Below are positions 1-9,587 of a stretch of 52,950 nt of DNA, one piece after another. Position 1 is the first letter of the stretch. Every line of letters begins with the position of its first letter. The stretch is taken from the IMG/VR virus record IMGVR_UViG_3300009008_000050, positions 1 through 52,950 of that record. One strand, given 5' to 3'. The translations under genes and the position numbers were made by a program. The DNA is from a virus (Duplodnaviria; Caudoviricetes). The notes beneath the pieces were generated by a model. It ran no database searches. It was given only the letters and a program-made list of their open reading frames with translations, and was not told the origin of the DNA.

Positions 1-1
1 C

Positions 2-268
2 GTGGCAGTCGCAGAACACCTGGACCAGGAGTATAACCAGGTCCACCTGTTCGAGAAACACGCCCCCCAGGTATCGGGCGGCGTCGACTTCGATGAGGCC
101 ACTGAATTCCGGCTTTATAGCTGGAATGGCCTCGAAGAGTTCCTCAACACCCTCGCCGACCCCGGCGAGGAATACGAGAAGCTCTTCCTCGCGGAGAGAA
201 GGGCCTGTAGCCACAGGCCCGACATCCGCGACCCTCAAGCAACTCGGTTCTTCTCCCGCAGATTTTAA
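2..268 (+). CDS. 3' end of a hypothetical protein (runs off the window start)
   Basis: Open frame to TAA at 266-268, GC-richer than downstream genes, followed by a terminator-like hairpin. Confidence 0.6.
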   Translation: MAVAEHLDQEYNQVHLFEKHAPQVSGGVDFDEATEFRLYSWNGLEEFLNTLADPGEEYEKLFLAERRACSHRPDIRDPQATRFFSRRF

Positions 269-284
269 AAGATCGGCGGGAGAG

Positions 285-316
285 AAAGAAGGCTCACGAC
301 GACGAGTCTTCTTTTT
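285..316 (+). terminator. Rho-independent terminator
   Basis: Stem AAGAAGGCTC/GAGTCTTCTT with an 8-nt loop and T tract, just after the upstream stop. Confidence 0.6.
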
Positions 317-324
317 GTATAAAC

Positions 325-352
325 TTGATAAATGTATAATACAAAGTATAAT
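325..352 (+). promoter_or_regulatory. Sigma70-like promoter
   Basis: TTGATA-N16-TATAAT upstream of RBS AGGAG and ATG 381. Confidence 0.6.
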
Positions 353-380
353 TGTAGTAGACTAAAAGACAGGAGCAATA

Positions 381-1052
381 ATGGAAGAACATCGTTATGT
401 AATAAGAAACCCCGAGAAGCTAGATCAATACGACATTAACACCAATACCGCCGTTGACTTCACTGACTTCTATTTCGGCCCTGGTAGACGTATTAGAGTC
501 TTCCCTAAAGACAAATACCGTGCTCTCTTTATCAAAGGCAAAACCGGGAATAAGATAAAAGAAGTTGTACCACTACGGATGGTAGAGAAGATGATTGACG
601 TAGCCCCACATATTGTGGCAAAAGAGGGCGTGGGGGAATTTATGATAGATGGGGTAAAGGCCTATGCCGAAAAGGTAAACGGCGAGACGCAGGTTGAGAT
701 TGAAGGCCCGCCCCTTTCTCAAATCCCAGATGGCTGGGAAGAGATCGCTGACGTGTATTCGCATACAAAGAAAGATATACAAAAGACAGCCCAAAATATG
801 CAAATAGCAGAATCTGGTGATAATCTTTGGAATTGGGGGTACCAAACCCCAGAGCAGATCCAAATATTCGCAGACGCCAACCCTACATGGAGTGACCCTC
901 GAAACTATCTTAACGTTGGAGACGAGTATACCCTTCCTGGCTTACAATCAACCCAAGAGGAAATAAACCCCCGTGATGCTCTTATAAACAACTATGGTTT
1001 TGAAGTTTATCCGAGTGGGCTTAATGACTATATGCGCGGATTGGTGAGATAA
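381..1052 (+). CDS. Putative virion protein with a C-terminal LysM-like peptidoglycan-binding domain
   Basis: IAESGDNLWN...IFADANPTWSDPRNYLNVGDEYTLP matches the LysM pattern (GDxL...N...DP..L.xG..L.lP) and follows a QKTA motif; RBS AGGAG. Confidence 0.65.
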   Translation: MEEHRYVIRNPEKLDQYDINTNTAVDFTDFYFGPGRRIRVFPKDKYRALFIKGKTGNKIKEVVPLRMVEKMIDVAPHIVAKEGVGEFMIDGVKAYAEKVNGETQVEIEGPPLSQIPDGWEEIADVYSHTKKDIQKTAQNMQIAESGDNLWNWGYQTPEQIQIFADANPTWSDPRNYLNVGDEYTLPGLQSTQEEINPRDALINNYGFEVYPSGLNDYMRGLVR

Positions 1053-1396
1053 TGAATATCACTCCAGGATACGAATATATCCGCCCAGAGCAAGAGATAA
1101 CAACGCCTTCTGGGGAGACCTACGTCATCCCGGCAGACACCATAAGCGCACCGGCTGACACTACTATGACCCACGGTATCATAAAAGGCGGGCCACGCGC
1201 ATACAATTGGGTAGGGGGAGGAGAGAGCGCTTGGGGTGACAATCTTTTTGAAGCTATGAGTACGATATTTGACCGCGGGAGAATGAGGCCCTTCTCGGGA
1301 ATGTATGATACAAACCGAAGGTTTCATGGTGAGCCAGAGGTATTGCCAGCCTTCCCATTTGGTGATTTGTTTGACCCTTATGGTAAGGAAAGGTAA
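1052..1396 (+). CDS. Hypothetical protein
   Basis: TAATG stop/start coupling at both ends. Confidence 0.7.
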   Translation: MNITPGYEYIRPEQEITTPSGETYVIPADTISAPADTTMTHGIIKGGPRAYNWVGGGESAWGDNLFEAMSTIFDRGRMRPFSGMYDTNRRFHGEPEVLPAFPFGDLFDPYGKER

Positions 1397-3261
1397 TGCT
1401 CTCTCAATTACGTAAACTTGTCGCAGGCTCACCACCTCACCCAGAAAAGCCCGGTGTCTTCATTCACTACATCCCCCCGGAGGCTATAGAAGACGTAAAG
1501 CGCGAGGGGTTAAAGGGAGTCGGGCAGTTATACAAAGAAGACCCCGAAGCCTACCTGGAGCGTCTTAAAACATATGCTAGGTTTCAGGATAAAGAAAACC
1601 CAACGCCAGAAGAAATAATAGAGGGCATACGACGATTTAGAGAGCAACCTCATGGTGAGAATGCCATCTTTGGTTATCCACACATGGTTGACTTGGAAAA
1701 GAGCAAGCGGCTCAAAAAGTGGCTAAAGGGCAAAGTCCCCGTTAAAGTAAATGTAGAAGAGGCTATTCTTGCGGGCATTATAGAAGGCGTAGCAGACCTT
1801 AACGCCCCACCTGTGGATTATTCTAAAGTAAAAGACAAGGGTCCTGCTTTAATAGGCATCCCACACCCGATGTTAATACCCAGAACGGGCAGAAACCTTC
1901 CCGATTCGGGTAGAATCCCTTCTAGGTTTTTGGAAATAATGGAGGGCTTTGAGAAACAATCCATGCTTGATGGGATAAGGAAGGTTATGTACCATGGATC
2001 TCCTCGTTTATTAGAGGAGATTAGCCTTAGGGATGAACATGGAGACCCTGACGTCCCGCTTGTTGTATTCGGCACACCTTCGCGTAAGTTCGCTGAGGAG
2101 CTCCGAAAGCTCTATGGGGTCCTAGAGAAGACGGCGGCGTATTCAGAAGGAGGATCATTTACTCACGACGGAGCTCGCTATTCTCTTAGAGAGGCATTCC
2201 GTGTGGCGAACACCAAGCCTACCAGACAGGTACGGGTGGACGACCTCAAGTGGGTATTGGCGTACGACCGCCCAGACCCTAAGAGACTCCGGGCAGCCGA
2301 TCTATCTGCCCCGATACTCGTAGTGCCGGACAGGAGGGGTAGGCCTACAGCGGTGGACGGCCTACATAGACTCTCCAAGGCAGTACGAGAGGGAAGAAGG
2401 ACACTCCCTGCTAAGAAGCTCAGACTGTCTGAACTCACCAAGGTGGCGTCTAGGACATTCACCGACAACGACGTCACCTACGACGTAGAGAAGCTGTGGG
2501 GCACTGAAGGCAAGGTCAGAAGGGTCTCCCCGGACAGGCTCCTGCGAGCAACAGGTAGTACATGGGGGCACGGATCCGGGAAGTATGGCTGGAGGGATGT
2601 GCTGGCTGACCCCAAGAAGTACCCGGGGGAGACGGAGCGCATTAGAGATGCGGACCTTAGATACCCTCTTGCATACCTTGGGGAGAGGTGGGGGGATAGA
2701 GATATAAACCAGAACCTCCATTACTCAGATGACTCAAACGCCCCCGACAGAGAGAGTACCATAACTTTAAGAGAGATGCGCCCCAATGCCTTCGATAGAA
2801 TCTATAAGAACAAGGCCGGATACCTCTATCATCTAGATAGTGATGCCTTCCATGGAACTAATAGAGGCGGTGATGACTATTGGGAGCAAATATCAGAGAA
2901 GCCACTCACCCCTTTAAAGGTGGAAAAGATAGATAATGTTCTCCGCGCCTTAGAAGACGCTGGGGTTGAGATGCTTCCTTATGACAAAGATGAGACTATC
3001 AAAATCATAAAGAGTGAAAGTATTCGCAAGCGCTTGGCGGCGATGACCCCAAAGGCGAGGGCACAGTATATCAGATGGATGTCCGAAGGTGCCCCAGAAG
3101 AACTTCTCTCCACAATTAACTCGTTGAGGGAAATAGAAGAGAGATACGAAGAAAATCTCAAAAAGCAATCCATGTTAGGTGGGATAAGAAAGGTAGCGCA
3201 GTCTGGAAACGCAGACTATCGGGCAGGCGGAGCGAATGCACCCTGGGGAGACGGCTATTAA
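1396..3261 (+). CDS. Mosaic multidomain protein: ADP-ribosyltransferase-like domain(s) plus inserted ParB/Srx-like domains
   Basis: YHGS...VFGTPS (ART-like); ADLSAPILV...VDGLHRL (ParB-like); repeated linker KQSMLxGIRKV; RBS upstream. Confidence 0.6.
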   Translation: MLSQLRKLVAGSPPHPEKPGVFIHYIPPEAIEDVKREGLKGVGQLYKEDPEAYLERLKTYARFQDKENPTPEEIIEGIRRFREQPHGENAIFGYPHMVDLEKSKRLKKWLKGKVPVKVNVEEAILAGIIEGVADLNAPPVDYSKVKDKGPALIGIPHPMLIPRTGRNLPDSGRIPSRFLEIMEGFEKQSMLDGIRKVMYHGSPRLLEEISLRDEHGDPDVPLVVFGTPSRKFAEELRKLYGVLEKTAAYSEGGSFTHDGARYSLREAFRVANTKPTRQVRVDDLKWVLAYDRPDPKRLRAADLSAPILVVPDRRGRPTAVDGLHRLSKAVREGRRTLPAKKLRLSELTKVASRTFTDNDVTYDVEKLWGTEGKVRRVSPDRLLRATGSTWGHGSGKYGWRDVLADPKKYPGETERIRDADLRYPLAYLGERWGDRDINQNLHYSDDSNAPDRESTITLREMRPNAFDRIYKNKAGYLYHLDSDAFHGTNRGGDDYWEQISEKPLTPLKVEKIDNVLRALEDAGVEMLPYDKDETIKIIKSESIRKRLAAMTPKARAQYIRWMSEGAPEELLSTINSLREIEERYEENLKKQSMLGGIRKVAQSGNADYRAGGANAPWGDGY

Positions 3262-3320
3262 TAATTCCGCGAGGAAAACTGAAGTATCTACAATAAGAAA
3301 CGGACAATGGGTTTATAAAT

Positions 3321-6300
3321 ATGAATAACAGCCTATCAAAAGACACCGTCAACAAAATGCTTGATAAAATCGACTCTGTGTACGTACACAAAATGGGTAC
3401 AGAACTAGAAAAAATAGGGAACCCGCTAGGCATTTGGATAGGCGATCAATACCAATTCGATAAAAAAATTGCTGAAGATTATATCTCAATGTTAAATTTA
3501 GTTCGAGGCTATATAGAAAATAATTTTAATGTAGAGGGTGAAACTCGAGATTTAATCATCGAGGATTTTAAATTAGACATCCCAAAAGACTATCCGGACT
3601 ACAAAGGGCAGATACAGGCCAAGCATATGAACGCCACATGGGGCATTCCGATCAAGGTGAAATTCGCACTTAAAGATAAGGCTGGTAAGTCTTTAGACAA
3701 GTCGGGATGGAAGACAATTCTCAACATTCCCCTCCTCACAGGCAGAGGCACATACATAGTCGACGGCCAAGAATACGCCATACGCCGCCAGCTTCGCCTC
3801 CTCCCTGGTGTATATACGGCTAAGACAGCCGAGGGTGTGGGTACGTTTATTAACACGAGTACTAGACAGAATATCAAGATGAGTTTCTCTCCAGACACTT
3901 TAAAGTTTGAGACGAACATTGGTAATCGTAAATTTTCGTTATATCCCGTGTTGTCGGCGCTAGGCGTGCCTGACGATGTAATGCGGAAGACGTGGGGAGA
4001 GAAAGTCTTCTCTGCTAATGCCGAGCGTGGTGCGCATCTCCTTGAGAGTACGGTTGACAGATTGTATAAGACGATGTATGCTTATGGTGAGCCTACGACT
4101 AGTTACCCAGATAAGGTACAGTTAATCCTCGACGCCTTCGAACAGAGTGGTTTAGATGAGTGGTCGACGAAGACTACGCTTGGCAAGCCGTACGATGGTG
4201 TAACTCCTGGGATGTTCATTGACACGACGAAGAAGATGCTTGGGGTGTCTAATGGTACGCTGAAGAGCGACAGGCGTGATGCGCTGTACTTTAGGTCGCT
4301 GTATGGCATTGACGATATGGTTGGGTTTGCTTTAAATAAGTATCAGCAGAAGCTTGACAAAAAAATTCGCTTTAGGCTAGACAATCTTGAGCGTGACGAT
4401 ATAAATTACATTGTATCGCGGCCCATTGCTATGGTTAACAAGGCTGTACTACAGCGGTTTAACCAACACGACCTTGCCTTCTTACCCATACAGGCGAATC
4501 CACTAGATGACTTTAATACGCTTTCCGAAGTTACTTTAATGGGAGAGGGTGGTATTGGGTCTGAGCATTCTATCCCAATCTCATCTAGAGCGCTTGACGA
4601 CTCTAACGTGGGAATGCTCGGGCCTCTTCAAACCCCTGCGAGTTCGAGGGTTGGTGCCAATACACATCTTACTTTAGGTGCGGACAAAGACGGCCCTGAC
4701 ATCATGGGAATGGTTGCCCCAATAGATTCACACGAGATATACCACGCTTCTGCTAGAGAAATGTATGACTTACACATTGCATTACCCGGGGAGTTTAAAA
4801 AAGTTCCAAGCGGGTGGAAGGCTAATAAGTCAAAGGTTCTCGCTGTATATAAGGGTAAGATTGGCAAAGTCCCTGCGGGTAAGATTAAGTACGTCATACC
4901 TAACCATTCGAATATGTTCACATTGTCGAGTAATACTATTCCTTTTTTGAATCACGACGCCCCGACGCGAATGAGCATGGGGACTTCACAGATGGCACAC
5001 TTGGTTAAGCTGAAGAATCCACAGCGCTCGCTTGTACAGAATATAATAGATTACGATGGCAAGAAGCCTATTACGGCCGAGGAGTCGTATTATAAAAAAA
5101 TGAACATACGCTCGCCGTTGCGTGGAGTGGTACAGCGCGTCGAGGCTGACAACATCGTTATAAAGGGGACGAAGGATGGTAAGTTGCACAAGGTTGCTTA
5201 CTATAACAACTTCCCCCTGAATACTACACGAATGATGAATACGACACCTATAGTGAAGAAGGGCGACCGCATACGTGAGGGTGATGTTATCGCGGAGAAC
5301 GGCTTTAGTGATCGTGGTCAGTTAGCAACGGGGCTTAACCTTCACATTGCGTATATGCCGTGGAAGGGGCTTAACTTTCAAGACGGGCTCGTTATATCAG
5401 ACACGGCGGCGAAGAATTTTACATCGTTACACACGTATCAAGAAGAGTATTCGAAGCACCCGAAGGATGTATATAACAAGTCGAAGTTTGTCGCCCATTA
5501 CCCTAACCTATACACTAACAGCCAGCTAAGCAAAATGGATGCCGACGGTATTATTAAAGAGGGTATGCAGATTAATAAAGGCGATCCCCTGGCGTTGAAA
5601 ATAAGCCCTCGCAAGCTTACAGAAGACGATATTCTAAGGGGGCAGATAAGCACGGTATTCAGATCGCCGATGGCTAGAGACGAGAAGACGTGGGAGCATG
5701 AGAATCTCGGCACGGTACATAAGGTAGTCAAGGGGCGAGACTTTATTAAGGTGTACGTTAAGACAGAAGAGATGCTGAGACGGGCTGATAAGCTAAGTGG
5801 ACGTCATGGTCAGAAGGGTGTCGTTGTAGCGGTGCTACCGGACGACGAGATGCCTCGTACCCAAAATGGGGACATTATAGACATTATACAAAATCCCGCC
5901 GCTGTACCTGCTCGAATGAATCTCGGGCAGATACTGGAAACCTCCGCTGGTAAACTCGCCCACCACACTGGCAAGGTGTATAAGGTAGACAACTTCAGAG
6001 ATAACATTACTCCCGAAATCTTATCCAAGCAGCTTAAAGACGCTGGCTTATCTGATCAGGATATGCTATACGACGCCGAGGGTAACGAGATTGGCTCCGT
6101 GTTTACGGGTAGACAGCATTTCTTTAAACTACGTCAACAGGCGGAGAAATACTTTAAGGCGCGTAACCAGAACGACCCCTACGACATTATATCACATAGG
6201 CCGATTAAGGGGCCGAAGATGGGGCCGCTGGGCTTCTACGCAATGCTAGCGCATGGGGCAACTAAGAACCTTAAGGAATTCGCGGGGTTTAAGAGTGAGC

Positions 6301-9300
6301 ATAATGACGACTGGTGGAGGGCTTACGAGACAGGCGCCGCCCTTCCAAGGCCTCAGACAACTTTCGCATTTGATAAACTACAGACATTCTTAAAAGGCGC
6401 CGGCATCAACGTGCGCCAAGAGAAGGACTCTTTAAGGTTACTCCCACTTACAGACAACGATGTAGACAATTTGTCGAGCGGAGAGGTACAGGATCCTTCA
6501 CGGGCGGTTAAAATAGGCGACCCCAACAGGAAGGATTTCCTGAAGCCAATCCCTGGCGGTCTATACGACCAGAAGCTTTTCGGTGGTTTAATGGGAGAGA
6601 AGTGGGGGCACATGAATCTTGCCGAGCCTATCCCTAACCCAATTTTCGAGAGGCCCATTCAAACCCTCTTAGATCTCACGCAGGGTCAATACACTCGTAT
6701 TCTAGACGGCAGGGATGGTGTACTCAAGGGAGAAATCGTCGAGATGACCCCAGAAACTCGTCCTAAGGCCATAACGGGCGGTCCGGCTATAGGAGAGTTA
6801 CTTTCGAAGATAAAGGTCACCAGCGCGCTTAAAGAGCAGGTTGACATTTCTAAGCATACCCGTGGCGACAAGCGTGATAAGGCTGTTAGAAAAATAGGCT
6901 ACCTCAATGGACTCAGGCTCGCTGGGATGAAGCCACAGGATTACATCATCTCTAAGATTCCCGTAATGCCTCCACAGTTCCGTCCGGTATACATGACCGA
7001 ACGTGGAGACATGAGGGTGTCGGACCTTACTGCGCATTATCATGACCTTGGCCGCGTTAACAACCAGATGAAAGATATGCGAGGCTTGCCTACCGAGGTG
7101 ACGGCAAATCTACGCGACGATCTTTATGATACCGTTAAAGCCTTGCAGGGAATTGGCGACCCCAACAATTACGGTCGCGCCAGGGGTGCGGCTGGTATTC
7201 TTAAGTTCATGAAGGGCAAAATACCAGCCAAGGGCCATTTTCAAGATAAGATATTCAGCAAGCGCCAGTCTATAGGTGGGCGTGCCGTGATCATGGTAGA
7301 CCCCGAACTTTCAGTAGACGACGTTGGTGTACCCGAAGAGATGGCGTGGTCGATATTCAAGCCTTTCATAATGAGAAGACTTACTACTGCTGGTATTAAG
7401 CCACTTGACGCAGACAAGATGATAGAGACGAGACACCCGCGGGCTTCTGACGCATTAGACGCAGAGATGGATTATCGGCCCGTAATATTGTCAAGAGACC
7501 CCAAGTTGCACAAGTTTAACTACCTTGCCTTCAATGGGCATCGCATTAAAGACGATGCTCTTCATATCCCGCCTCTTATTACCAAGGGGTTTAATGCGGA
7601 CTTCGATGGCGACGCAATGTCAGTCAACGTTCCTATAATGCCCGACGCGGTTCAAGAGGCGAAGTCAAGGATGCTTGCTAGTCAGAATCTCATCAAGTAC
7701 GGCAAGGATACAATCATAATGGCGCCCGAGAACGAGGCTATCGCTGGTTTATACGCGGGAACGGTAATTAAAGACGACAAGGGAATCGCGTACGGCTCGC
7801 CAGGGGAAGCATTAAGCGCATTTCATCGCGGAGATATAAAACTCACTGATGGTATTTTCGTTGCCAATAAGAAGACTTCGCCTGGCCGCGTAATGCTAAA
7901 CGAACTCTTGCCCGCTGATCTGAGAGACCATTCAAAGCGCTGGGGGAATAGTGATATCCGTGACATGCTTAACTTTGTTGCGCGAAACAACTCTAACGAA
8001 TATGTGCCAATCGTGCAGGGGATAAAAGATCTCGGTGATTTTATGGGGAACAAACTTGCTCTTTCGTTCACACTTAAAGATTTCTTCTCGATGGATAATA
8101 AAGATCTTAGCAGTATAAGTGCGAAAGCAGATAAGTTGGTGGCCATCAGTAATCGCGGCGAGGGTGACTGGACGGGCGACACTTCCTTTATGCCTGCGGA
8201 CTTCGATGCTAAGCTTGACGTAAAACTCAAAGCACACGCAAAGGACTCTACCCTTGGTATGCTTGCGGAGTCTGGCGCGAAGGGTGGCTGGGGAAATATA
8301 AAGCAAATGATATACTCACCCGTATTGATGGCAGACGTTGAGGGTGGCATAATACCTCATGTGATTAAACGTGGCTTCGCACACGGTATGGATCTTGGTG
8401 ATTACTGGACGGCAGCTAAGGGCTCGCGTGCTTCTATATTCGCATCACAGCTTGGTGTACAGGACCCTGGCTTCTTCACGAAGCAACTCCTTAGGGCTAC
8501 GCTTGGTGGCACAATTGCACCTGGTGATTACAACTCTGGGAAAGGTGTAGACTATCCCGTCGATCACCCTACGGTGCTAAACCGCTACCTTGCTAAGAAT
8601 CTCAGAGACAAAAACGGGCATCTCTTGGCCGAGGCTAACGATCTCGTTACGCAAGAGCTTGTAGAAGCCGCTAAGAAGCGTGGGGTTGAGGCAATGACCG
8701 TAAGATCGCCTCTCACATCAGTCGCCTCTCAGGGAATGTATGCGAAGGATTTCGGTAGGCTCCCCGATGGGCAGAAACCCAGAGTGGGTATGGATGCCGG
8801 AGTTATTGCAGCGCATACCCTTACAGAGCCTGCGACTCAGCTTGCTCTGAGATCGTTTCATAGCGCAGGTGCAGTGGGGCAGAATAAGAATGTCAAGGGG
8901 CTCTACTCAATCTGGCCGCTTCTCAATGGCAGGCCACCGACGGGAGCGAAGGCAGTAATGGCGACTAAGCCGGGTACGATTGAAAAGATCCACGGGCTCA
9001 AGACTGGTGGTAGCGATATCACAATGGACGACGGCACCGTATACAAGGCGACTCCGGGGCTTAAACTACACGTCAAGAGTGGTGACACCGTAACCAAAGG
9101 TCAAGCCCTTCAGGATGGATTTATGGATCCCAAGGAAGTCTTACAGTATTTAGGCATGCCCGCATTACAGCAATATCTCGTTGATCAGACTGAGGATAAT
9201 TACGGAAAAAACGCACCCGATCGTAGATATCTAGAAACACTAGTTGCATCTTTGACGAAATACAGTAAAGTAACAGATGTGGGCGAATCATCAGGATTGT

Positions 9301-9587
9301 TGCCTGGGGATATCTTACCAACAGCGCAACTTGAACAGATGAATGCTAATATGAAAGAAGAGCAGGCAAGAATAAAATCACAGCCAATCTTTACGGGGAT
9401 GGATATGTTTACCCCCAAGGTTGAGCAGGACTGGGCAGTTAAAATGATGGGGCGTGATATGATAGGCCAGCTTAGAGAATCCGCAGCAACGGGAGCTCAG
9501 AGTTTTCTTCGCGGGCCGAAACCCGTTTTGCCATTTATCGCAGGCGTTGACTTCGGTAGTCGGATAGACGATTTAGGAGTTTACTAA
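3321..9587 (+). CDS. rpoBC: Phage-encoded fused beta-beta' DNA-directed RNA polymerase (probably virion-packaged)
   Basis: Beta motifs IPFLNHD, AYMPWKGLNFQD, DKLSGRHGQKG and PARMNLGQILE, then beta' motifs PVMPPQFRP, catalytic NADFDGD (7593-7613), SGAKG and trigger loop EPATQLALRSFH, all in one 2088-aa ORF. Confidence 0.96.
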   Translation: MNNSLSKDTVNKMLDKIDSVYVHKMGTELEKIGNPLGIWIGDQYQFDKKIAEDYISMLNLVRGYIENNFNVEGETRDLIIEDFKLDIPKDYPDYKGQIQAKHMNATWGIPIKVKFALKDKAGKSLDKSGWKTILNIPLLTGRGTYIVDGQEYAIRRQLRLLPGVYTAKTAEGVGTFINTSTRQNIKMSFSPDTLKFETNIGNRKFSLYPVLSALGVPDDVMRKTWGEKVFSANAERGAHLLESTVDRLYKTMYAYGEPTTSYPDKVQLILDAFEQSGLDEWSTKTTLGKPYDGVTPGMFIDTTKKMLGVSNGTLKSDRRDALYFRSLYGIDDMVGFALNKYQQKLDKKIRFRLDNLERDDINYIVSRPIAMVNKAVLQRFNQHDLAFLPIQANPLDDFNTLSEVTLMGEGGIGSEHSIPISSRALDDSNVGMLGPLQTPASSRVGANTHLTLGADKDGPDIMGMVAPIDSHEIYHASAREMYDLHIALPGEFKKVPSGWKANKSKVLAVYKGKIGKVPAGKIKYVIPNHSNMFTLSSNTIPFLNHDAPTRMSMGTSQMAHLVKLKNPQRSLVQNIIDYDGKKPITAEESYYKKMNIRSPLRGVVQRVEADNIVIKGTKDGKLHKVAYYNNFPLNTTRMMNTTPIVKKGDRIREGDVIAENGFSDRGQLATGLNLHIAYMPWKGLNFQDGLVISDTAAKNFTSLHTYQEEYSKHPKDVYNKSKFVAHYPNLYTNSQLSKMDADGIIKEGMQINKGDPLALKISPRKLTEDDILRGQISTVFRSPMARDEKTWEHENLGTVHKVVKGRDFIKVYVKTEEMLRRADKLSGRHGQKGVVVAVLPDDEMPRTQNGDIIDIIQNPAAVPARMNLGQILETSAGKLAHHTGKVYKVDNFRDNITPEILSKQLKDAGLSDQDMLYDAEGNEIGSVFTGRQHFFKLRQQAEKYFKARNQNDPYDIISHRPIKGPKMGPLGFYAMLAHGATKNLKEFAGFKSEHNDDWWRAYETGAALPRPQTTFAFDKLQTFLKGAGINVRQEKDSLRLLPLTDNDVDNLSSGEVQDPSRAVKIGDPNRKDFLKPIPGGLYDQKLFGGLMGEKWGHMNLAEPIPNPIFERPIQTLLDLTQGQYTRILDGRDGVLKGEIVEMTPETRPKAITGGPAIGELLSKIKVTSALKEQVDISKHTRGDKRDKAVRKIGYLNGLRLAGMKPQDYIISKIPVMPPQFRPVYMTERGDMRVSDLTAHYHDLGRVNNQMKDMRGLPTEVTANLRDDLYDTVKALQGIGDPNNYGRARGAAGILKFMKGKIPAKGHFQDKIFSKRQSIGGRAVIMVDPELSVDDVGVPEEMAWSIFKPFIMRRLTTAGIKPLDADKMIETRHPRASDALDAEMDYRPVILSRDPKLHKFNYLAFNGHRIKDDALHIPPLITKGFNADFDGDAMSVNVPIMPDAVQEAKSRMLASQNLIKYGKDTIIMAPENEAIAGLYAGTVIKDDKGIAYGSPGEALSAFHRGDIKLTDGIFVANKKTSPGRVMLNELLPADLRDHSKRWGNSDIRDMLNFVARNNSNEYVPIVQGIKDLGDFMGNKLALSFTLKDFFSMDNKDLSSISAKADKLVAISNRGEGDWTGDTSFMPADFDAKLDVKLKAHAKDSTLGMLAESGAKGGWGNIKQMIYSPVLMADVEGGIIPHVIKRGFAHGMDLGDYWTAAKGSRASIFASQLGVQDPGFFTKQLLRATLGGTIAPGDYNSGKGVDYPVDHPTVLNRYLAKNLRDKNGHLLAEANDLVTQELVEAAKKRGVEAMTVRSPLTSVASQGMYAKDFGRLPDGQKPRVGMDAGVIAAHTLTEPATQLALRSFHSAGAVGQNKNVKGLYSIWPLLNGRPPTGAKAVMATKPGTIEKIHGLKTGGSDITMDDGTVYKATPGLKLHVKSGDTVTKGQALQDGFMDPKEVLQYLGMPALQQYLVDQTEDNYGKNAPDRRYLETLVASLTKYSKVTDVGESSGLLPGDILPTAQLEQMNANMKEEQARIKSQPIFTGMDMFTPKVEQDWAVKMMGRDMIGQLRESAATGAQSFLRGPKPVLPFIAGVDFGSRIDDLGVY

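Noticed and set aside
2095-2667. Insert as an intein or self-splicing intron
   Set aside because: No N-terminal Cys/Ser or C-terminal His-Asn, no homing endonuclease motif; it encodes ParB-like domains in frame
3321-9587. Cellular rpoBC fusion of the Helicobacter or Wolbachia type
   Set aside because: No ribosomal protein gene neighbours, much shorter and more divergent, zinc sites lost, surrounded by phage virion genes
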